64,000 bases of DNA from Holosporales bacterium (GTDB lineage Bacteria > Pseudomonadota > Alphaproteobacteria > UBA3830 > JAIRWN01): NCBI GenBank assembly GCA_031267535.1, contig JAIRYS010000010.1:124-64123 (forward strand). Reading direction: 5' to 3'. How positions within the stretch are numbered: the stretch's first letter is position 1; the number at the start of each line of letters is the position of its first letter. The position numbers and the translations under genes were made by a program. The notes under the pieces were generated by a model. The model saw nothing but the letters and a program-made list of their open reading frames with translations. It was not told the DNA's origin and made no database searches. Below are positions 58,057 through 64,000 of this stretch, piece by piece.

Positions 58057-59064
58057 ATGAAGGTTTTGATACTTGGCGTCAATGGCTTTATCGGCAGTAC
58101 GCTAACAGAAAAAGCTCTTAAGGATACCGACTGGCAGCTTTATGGCATGGACCTAAGGTGCGATTGGCTTAAAGATTTCTTATCCAATCCACGCCTTACC
58201 TTTCAGGAGGGCGACATCACCATTCATAAAGAATGGATTGAGTACCACATTAAGAAATGCGACGTTATCTTGCCTTTGGTGGCTATCGCCACTCCGGCAA
58301 CCTACGTAAGCGATCCCCTACGCGTATTTGATTTGGATTTTGCCGCCAATCTTGAAGTAATCAAGCTAGCGGCCAAACATAAAAAGCGTATCATTTTTCC
58401 ATCCACTTCCGAAGTTTATGGTATGTGCCAAGACTCAGAGTTTAAGGAGGAAGAGTCTAATCTTATCGTAGGCCCAATCAACAAGCAGCGGTGGATATAC
58501 TCCTGCTGCAAGCAACTGCTTGATCGAGTGATATACGCTTATGGAATCAGAGATAGCCTCAGCTATACATTGTTTCGTCCATTTAACTGGATCGGCCCCA
58601 GACTCGATTCTATTGACAAACAAAAAAAAGGCGGATCGCGCGCGCTTAGTCAGTTCATAAGCAACATCCTTTATGACGGTGAAATCAAACTGGTTGATGG
58701 AGGCAAGCAAGAGCGTTGCTTCACCTACATTGACGACGGCGTGTGTGCCTTGATGAAAATTATAGAAAACAAAGACGACTGCGCCAAAAGCAGAATATTT
58801 AACATAGGCAACCCGCATGAAAGATACTCGATTGCCGAACTGGCTGAGAAACTGTTAGAGGTTGCCGTTACCATTCCGCAGTTGAAAGACAAGGCGTCGC
58901 GGACAAAAATTATCTCTGTGCCAGGCAATGATTATTACGGAGGGTCCTATCAGGATACCAATCACCGAGTGCCATCGATTGAAAATGCCAAAAAGTATCT
59001 CAACTGGCAACCAACGACCGGGCTTACTGAGGCCATAAAACGTACGTTAGAGTTCTATTTTTAG
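58057..59064 (+). CDS. NAD-dependent UDP-glucuronate decarboxylase, equivalent to the ArnA C-terminal (dehydrogenase) domain only
   Basis: 335 aa. MKVLILGVNGFIGSTLTEKAL, STSEVYG and YSCCKQLLDR (YxxxK) closely mirror the ArnA C-terminal domain. No formyltransferase domain is attached. Confidence 0.8.
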   Translation: MKVLILGVNGFIGSTLTEKALKDTDWQLYGMDLRCDWLKDFLSNPRLTFQEGDITIHKEWIEYHIKKCDVILPLVAIATPATYVSDPLRVFDLDFAANLEVIKLAAKHKKRIIFPSTSEVYGMCQDSEFKEEESNLIVGPINKQRWIYSCCKQLLDRVIYAYGIRDSLSYTLFRPFNWIGPRLDSIDKQKKGGSRALSQFISNILYDGEIKLVDGGKQERCFTYIDDGVCALMKIIENKDDCAKSRIFNIGNPHERYSIAELAEKLLEVAVTIPQLKDKASRTKIISVPGNDYYGGSYQDTNHRVPSIENAKKYLNWQPTTGLTEAIKRTLEFYF

Positions 59065-59106
59065 ATTGCAACAAATTCCCTAGCACAGTAGATTTTGCTG
59101 TTAAAT

Positions 59107-59182
59107 GCCGGGCTAGCTCAGTTGGTAGAGCGGCTGATTTGTAATCAGTAGGTCGTTGGTTCAAATCCGACGCCCGGCACCA
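59107..59182 (+). tRNA. tRNA-Thr (anticodon TGT)
   Basis: The sequence is GCCGGGCTAGCTCAGTTGGTAGAGCGGCTGATTTGTAATCAGTAGGTCGTTGGTTCAAATCCGACGCCCGGCACCA. The anticodon loop is TTTGTAA and CCA is encoded. Confidence 0.9.
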
Positions 59183-59401
59183 GCAGATTAGTTGGGGTTT
59201 AAGTGGTTATGATGGTTGAGTTGGAAATGTATGTTTTGGATTTTGTCCAACTATTGTCCAACCTTTTATGGAAGAGTCGCTAAAGTTTTTATGGGATTTA
59301 ATTATATTGGTTAGGATTGATTAATGCTATAGGTTTATTGATTAGAGGGCGGTTGGGGCAGATTCCACAAATCTTCAACGAGTGAACAAAGAGAAGCACG
59401 T

Positions 59402-60592
59402 GTGTCAAACGAACTACCAGCTGAGTTGCCTTCATACATTACAAAGGAGGACTACGACCAGCGCTATCAAATTTTCGATGAAGTGTTAGAAACACATGAG
59501 GCCATTGCTGATGAATCTCATTTTTATGACTTAGCTATATGGCTGATTAACAAGAAATATAGAGAACAAGCAGAGAAAGCGGCGGAAGAAGGGGGTGAAT
59601 TGTCACGAGATTACGCTCATTTATACGGATATAAGGTTGGCGTATGTTATCCGGCCGCTGATGAGAAGGCAGTTTGGGACAACATGGAGTTTTTTCTCAA
59701 CGCTCTGCCGGGAAAGAAAGAGTTACTTAAACAAAGGACTGATAATTTTAAAAAGTTTCTAGATGATTGTAGAGACAACTCTAATAAGATCTTAGCGTGC
59801 ATAAAAGAAAAGGGGCTGTGCGATGCCATCAGCTGCTTTATTACCGATAAAACCAGATCTGCAGATGAAGCCAGGAATAATATTGCGTGTAGGCTAGGGC
59901 GAGTATTACTCAGAAGGGAAGACGTTTCTACAGAGCATATGGCTTATTTATATCCCTTGGAAGACAAGTATCGTCATATGAGCACATATAAGAAAGATGA
60001 CCTGCCTTACATATGTTATGGAGTATCGCTAACAGTTGCTAAACCACATTGTTGGATTTTAACACCCGAGATTCCACCCAGTTTTGATAAATTGATTAAT
60101 GATATTAGAGAAATCATAGATTCAGCGACGGAATCCGGTGAACTTCCCGTTAAGTATAATAAAGTGATGGCAAAGGATTTTGTTTTATTCATCAGAAGAA
60201 ATAAAGAGACAGATTCGGATTTTCCTATACCTCTTCCTGAGTGGTTGAGAAAGAAAGCTAATATTACAGACTCATCTGAAAGGTTAAGTCTGCCAGAACT
60301 GGATTACGTGAGGTTTATTAATTATTCGGCTACAGAAAAGTTTAAAGGAATCAGCGCTATTGCAATCAAAGACCTAGGCTCTGCGAAAAAGGTGGTTGAT
60401 GTTCTTAAAAAGCAAGGATTCTCGGTTACTTACAAAGAAGACAAAAGGCTCCTTGTCTTTAGTTTTCAAAGTCACAAAGAGGGAACAGACTCGTTTGGTA
60501 TGGAAGAAGTAGAGATTACGCTGAATCTCTTGAAGCAGATTATTACCCTTCTCAAAGGCAGCAAGAAATGCCTAGAAAAGATCCGTAAATAA
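59402..60592 (+). CDS. Hypothetical protein (orphan, island cargo)
   Basis: 396-aa ORF with a GTG start. No motif was recognised by eye. It is charged and helical, with no TM helix or signal peptide. Confidence 0.55.
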   Translation: MSNELPAELPSYITKEDYDQRYQIFDEVLETHEAIADESHFYDLAIWLINKKYREQAEKAAEEGGELSRDYAHLYGYKVGVCYPAADEKAVWDNMEFFLNALPGKKELLKQRTDNFKKFLDDCRDNSNKILACIKEKGLCDAISCFITDKTRSADEARNNIACRLGRVLLRREDVSTEHMAYLYPLEDKYRHMSTYKKDDLPYICYGVSLTVAKPHCWILTPEIPPSFDKLINDIREIIDSATESGELPVKYNKVMAKDFVLFIRRNKETDSDFPIPLPEWLRKKANITDSSERLSLPELDYVRFINYSATEKFKGISAIAIKDLGSAKKVVDVLKKQGFSVTYKEDKRLLVFSFQSHKEGTDSFGMEEVEITLNLLKQIITLLKGSKKCLEKIRK

Positions 60593-60612
60593 GCCTTAGT
60601 GCTTAACGCAGC

Positions 60613-60845
60613 TAACGACCGCCGTAAACAAGCAATTGCATTGTTGTAGCTTTGCAACATGCCGACTTATGTCAAAAAATCTGCCTGTTGCAGTCATTGA
60701 TACGCTGAGATTTAACGACGGTCGTTTATCAATTTTATTTTGAAGTATAGCAATCTAAAACGCAGGCTAATACTGGCTTTGATTGACTATGCATGAACGG
60801 CGGTCGTAACGACGGTCGTTAAACAGGCATCAATCAGGCATCAAT
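60613..60845. repeat. Cluster of palindromic AACGAC-N-GTCGTT-type motifs plus an 11-bp tandem repeat (candidate operator/iteron region)
   Basis: AACGACGGTCGTT occurs at 60713-60725 and 60808-60820. The related AACGGCGGTCGT is at 60796-60807, and its inverted copy AACGACCGCCGT is at 60614-60625. CAGGCATCAAT occurs twice in tandem at 60824-60845. All lie in the 334-bp gap upstream of the HTH/primase genes. Confidence 0.75.
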
Positions 60846-60926
60846 TTTGCACTTTTCCTGGGGTTCATCAATGTATACTGTTGCTGTCTCACCTAAATTA
60901 AATAGGTGTTTTATAAGAGGTTTCAT

Positions 60927-61220
60927 ATGAATTTTAAAGATTTGTTCAAGGATTGGAAATCTGAGTGGATAACGAGAGATGAGTTGTTCAAGGTGACTGG
61001 AGGGATGCTGAGGGCGACGACGCTCAGGACCTACGATAGTCAAGGCAAGGGGATAAAGGGGAAGGAGAGCATTGGGCCTAAGCAAGTCGCATATCCCGTT
61101 AAAGAGGTAATAGCTTACATGGAGTGCAGGGCAGCCAAGCAATCCAACTCACCTCTGACTGCCAACTTTTGTGGAGGGCAAGACTCTGTCACGAATGCCC
61201 AGAGTAATGACAATGATTAA
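60927..61220 (+). CDS. Small putative DNA-binding protein (AlpA/excisionase-like HTH)
   Basis: 97 aa from the ATG at 60927, which has an AAGAGG Shine-Dalgarno sequence 6 nt upstream. WITRDELFKVTGGMLRATTLRTYDSQGKG...VAYPVKEVIAYME resembles HTH_17/AlpA-type proteins. The call is tentative. Confidence 0.5.
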   Translation: MNFKDLFKDWKSEWITRDELFKVTGGMLRATTLRTYDSQGKGIKGKESIGPKQVAYPVKEVIAYMECRAAKQSNSPLTANFCGGQDSVTNAQSNDND

Positions 61221-62340
61221 TAATCTGGACTTATCCTCCTTTAAGTCTGGCATACGCTTGTCTTCGTTGTTTTCGTCGGTGACGAAGGTTGAGAGGCAAG
61301 GCAGTCGTTTATTTGCGTCTTGCCCCTTCCATCAAGAAAAAACTCCATCTTGTAAGATTGATGACGAGAAGGGGTTCTTTTACTGCTTTGGGTGTAGGGA
61401 GCATGGAGACGTATTTGCCTTTCTTCAGAAAACGGGAAATTTATCGTTTCCAGAGGCAGTGGAGAGGCTTGCTAGTATGGCAGGAGTTGGTGTTGACTGC
61501 CGTCGTAGAGGTAGTTTTAGCTATGAACCGAGTAAGGCTGAGCTGGCTGAGTGTAGGAGGCAGCAGGAAGCTGTCAGACAAGAGCGGCAAGTTGAGCAGA
61601 AGAGAAGCTGGGAAGAGGCAGCAAGCATCGCTGAGCGGGTGTGGGCTGAGAGTATTTCGATTGAAGGCACAGCTCACCCTTACTTAGAGGGGAAGGGAGT
61701 TGACGCTTTTGTACTGAGGCGGACCGTGGAGGACTACGAGTTTACCTCAGCTAGTGGAGGCGGTCTTGATGTTTTTGCTGGCTCATTGGTAGTTCCCTTG
61801 TGTGATGAGAATAGCAAGCTGTGGAGCTTACAGTTTTATCCACCGAGGAAGAAGGCTGATGAAAGCAAGTGGCCTCGGTTCTTCATGCCTGGCGGTAGGA
61901 TTAAAGGCTGCTTCTATCTTCTAGGAGGCGAGTCTGAGAGGTTGTTGCTGGCGGAGGGCTATGCGACGGCTGCCTCTGTCCACATGGCCACAGGGGAGCA
62001 GACTGTGGTGTGCTTCAGCAGTGGAAACATGGCTGCTGTAGCATCTGCGCTGAGAAGAAAGTATCCGGCTTGCGATGTTTTCACGTCAGCAACTGCAGGA
62101 GCTGAGGCGGCTAGGGAAATAATAATATGCGCTGATGCAGATGAGGCTGGACTGAAGGCAGCTAAGGCTACTGGGGTGAAGTATGTGTATCCAAAGTTTG
62201 ATGATGGTGGAATTGAGAGATTTAGGAGCTTGGCAGGCTCTACGACGTCAGTCCAGCCTGACGCTCGCCCGTCAGACTTTAATGATTATGCGAATGTTTA
62301 TGGTTTTGAGGATTTAAAAAAATGTCTGATGAAAATATAA
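61171..62340 (+). CDS. DNA primase, CHC2 zinc finger + Toprim
   Basis: CPFHQEKTPSCKIDDEKGFFYCFGCREHGDVFAFL is a CHC2 finger. LLLAEGYATAASV...IIICADADEAGLKAA is Toprim-like. The start may be the ATG at 61213, which overlaps the upstream stop as ATGATTAA, rather than the GTG at 61171. Confidence 0.8.
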   Translation: MEGKTLSRMPRVMTMINNLDLSSFKSGIRLSSLFSSVTKVERQGSRLFASCPFHQEKTPSCKIDDEKGFFYCFGCREHGDVFAFLQKTGNLSFPEAVERLASMAGVGVDCRRRGSFSYEPSKAELAECRRQQEAVRQERQVEQKRSWEEAASIAERVWAESISIEGTAHPYLEGKGVDAFVLRRTVEDYEFTSASGGGLDVFAGSLVVPLCDENSKLWSLQFYPPRKKADESKWPRFFMPGGRIKGCFYLLGGESERLLLAEGYATAASVHMATGEQTVVCFSSGNMAAVASALRRKYPACDVFTSATAGAEAAREIIICADADEAGLKAAKATGVKYVYPKFDDGGIERFRSLAGSTTSVQPDARPSDFNDYANVYGFEDLKKCLMKI

Positions 62341-64000
62341 AAAGCGCCCCCGCTGGGAAGGTGGGGGCCTATACTAAAACCAGTTGTGATTCTATCACCT
62401 CTGCGGAGAGTTTCCAACATTCTGTCGGTGTTCCTGATGACCCTGCCAATGATGTTTCCACTGATAAGAAGTTGCAGGGGCCTGGCATTGAGGTTTGCGA
62501 AGGAACGCTTGATAAGCGGGATAATACCTATGGACTTCCATCTAACGCAATATCACCAACGCAATATGATGCTCATGGCTATTACCGCAAAGAAGATGGT
62601 TCGTTGTGGAAGAGAGGAGAAAACGGCAAAGAAGATATCTGCATCAGCGAGGACCATATAGAAGTTACGGCTTTAAGCAGAACGCTCGAAAGTGACGAAT
62701 GGAATGTTCGAATAGAGTTCAAGAACTTAGATGGCCATAGTCAGACTATTGATATGCGCCGCTCAATGCTCTTAGACAATAAGGAGCCGTTAAAAGCTTT
62801 AGCGGACAGGGGCTTTGCTGTTCCTGTCCACTCTCAGAAGCATATATCAGCTTACTTACAAGAAGCTAAGCCAACGCGTCGGATTAGGCAGATTAATAAG
62901 ACAGGTTGGATTAATGACCGCGAATACATATGTCCGTCATTTCAGGTTACACGTCCTGATAACAAGGAGGAGTATGAGCTGATAGATACCATCTCTACGA
63001 CGTCAGTCCAAAACGAAGGCTACGGTATCAGCGGTACTCTTGCGGAGTGGCAGGAGCATATAGCTGAGTACTGCGTTGACAACCATATTCTGACGTTATC
63101 TTTGTGTGTTGGCTTATCAGGGCCATTGCAGAGATTCTTTCCTCATATAGGGACGACGGTTGTTAACCTGATAGGTAAGACTTCTTCAGGCAAGACGACT
63201 GCTCTTCGAGCGGCAGCGTCTTTGTGGGGAAGTCCGAAATACGTCAAGCAATGGAGAACTACTGACAATTCTCTTGAAAGCATAGCGGAGGCGCATAACG
63301 ACGGCTTGTTAATCCTTGATGACCTAGGTCAAGTAGACGCTAAGAAAGTTGGAGAGATTGCCTATATGCTGGGAAACCAGAGGGGCAAAGGGCGGTGCAA
63401 TGCCGACTCATCCTTAAAGAAAATCAAGAGCTGGAGCTTATCGGTACTGAGCAGTGGCGAGGTTAGTTTAGAGGATAAGCTGAACGAAGATGGTTGTAGG
63501 GCTAAAGGAGGGCAGAAGGTAAGGTTTATCGACATAGACGCGATAGTTTCAGACGAATGTGGCATATACAATAACCTTCATGAATTCAAGTCAGGAGCTG
63601 AGTTATCGAACTATTTGAAAGAGCAGACTTCTAAGTATTACGGAATTGTATCGGAACGGTTTGTGAAGTGGTTGGTTGAGCAAGGCGGTATTACGGACAG
63701 GTTGAACAATCTGCATAAGCAAGCAAGGGAAACCCTCATCAATAGATTCTGTTTATCTAAAGCAGACGGAGAGGTTTCGCGAGTAGTTGATGTGTTTGCT
63801 TTGTACGCAACAGCAGGAGACCTAGCCGTTAACTTTGGCATTTTTCCCAACCAACTGACTGTTGAGGAGGCGATGGACTTTGTCTTTGAGCGTTGGCTGA
63901 ACGACAGAGGCGGCAACAAAAATGTGGAAGAGGAAGAAATCGTCCAGTATGTGGATGACCTCGTGATTCAGCACAAAGACAAGCTCAAGAAGCTAATCAA
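62322..64000 (+). CDS. DUF927-type P-loop NTPase (helicase-like replication protein), 3'-partial
   Basis: The frame is open from the ATG at 62322 to the window end, which is why it is absent from the ORF track. Its start overlaps the primase 3' end by 19 nt. It has NKTGWINDREYICPSF, Walker A NLIGKTSSGKTTA and Walker B GLLILDDLG. The frame was checked at 63174 (GGT of GKT). Confidence 0.75.
   Translation, partial: MSDENIKSAPAGKVGAYTKTSCDSITSAESFQHSVGVPDDPANDVSTDKKLQGPGIEVCEGTLDKRDNTYGLPSNAISPTQYDAHGYYRKEDGSLWKRGENGKEDICISEDHIEVTALSRTLESDEWNVRIEFKNLDGHSQTIDMRRSMLLDNKEPLKALADRGFAVPVHSQKHISAYLQEAKPTRRIRQINKTGWINDREYICPSFQVTRPDNKEEYELIDTISTTSVQNEGYGISGTLAEWQEHIAEYCVDNHILTLSLCVGLSGPLQRFFPHIGTTVVNLIGKTSSGKTTALRAAASLWGSPKYVKQWRTTDNSLESIAEAHNDGLLILDDLGQVDAKKVGEIAYMLGNQRGKGRCNADSSLKKIKSWSLSVLSSGEVSLEDKLNEDGCRAKGGQKVRFIDIDAIVSDECGIYNNLHEFKSGAELSNYLKEQTSKYYGIVSERFVKWLVEQGGITDRLNNLHKQARETLINRFCLSKADGEVSRVVDVFALYATAGDLAVNFGIFPNQLTVEEAMDFVFERWLNDRGGNKNVEEEEIVQYVDDLVIQHKDKLKKLI

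Larger units (their letters stand above)
59183..64000. mobile_element. Putative integrative mobile element / genomic island abutting tRNA-Thr (partial; continues past the window end)
   Basis: Gene content changes abruptly after the tRNA. It goes to an orphan ORF, a motif-rich spacer, a small HTH ORF, a CHC2-Toprim primase and a DUF927 P-loop protein. The coding strand becomes visibly purine-rich, with AGG/AGA/GAG-rich codon use in the last three. No integrase or att repeat is visible inside the window. Confidence 0.6.

Noticed and set aside
62386-62661. 91-aa ORF from the supplied track (frame +1 relative to the DUF927 gene).
   Set aside because: It lies entirely inside the longer open frame that starts at 62322 and carries DUF927 and P-loop motifs. 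Its translation has no recognisable features.

Overview
The window reads as a chromosomal segment of an AT-leaning alphaproteobacterium. It is probably a host-associated or intracellular lineage. This is inferred from gene content: LpxI instead of LpxH, a heterodimeric PDH E1 alpha/beta, a DUF1476 zeta-like ORF, rpsF-rpsR-rplI without priB, a BspA-type LRR protein, tdk, and many overlapping gene junctions.

Most of the window is tightly packed housekeeping:
- rpsF-rpsR-rplI, aspS, dksA, rimP-nusA-infB
- a 4-gene TrpR-like/ABC importer operon
- pdhABC, an MBOAT gene followed by lpxI-lpxB
- alr-mlaE-mlaF plus an unusual third gene
- kdsA-ftsB
- one long co-directional block, atpHAGD-ileS-lspA-xerD
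- trpS-murJ-mutS, tdk, an MscS-family channel, bamD-recN
- a rearranged L-Ara4N (arn-like) lipid A modification cluster
- five tRNAs: Arg-CCT, Tyr-GTA, Cys-GCA, Pro-GGG, Thr-TGT

No rRNA, CRISPR array or IS transposase was seen.

The parts most worth a second look are:
1. A mobile island starting right after tRNA-Thr (59183 to the window end). It has an orphan 396-aa gene, a spacer full of palindromic motifs, a small HTH gene, a CHC2/Toprim primase and a separate DUF927 P-loop protein.
2. An in-frame fusion of a prepilin peptidase and a carboxylesterase, translationally coupled to an orphan PilB/GspE-type ATPase.
3. A secreted 501-aa protein that sits where mlaD normally follows mlaEF.
4. A BspA-type LRR gene with near-identical internal repeats, plus an inverted decayed paralog fragment upstream.
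5. An atypical ileS, with a 44-codon in-frame tandem duplication and HAGT in place of HIGH.
6. An F1 ATPase operon with no atpC.

All functional calls rest on motif recognition by eye. No database search was run.
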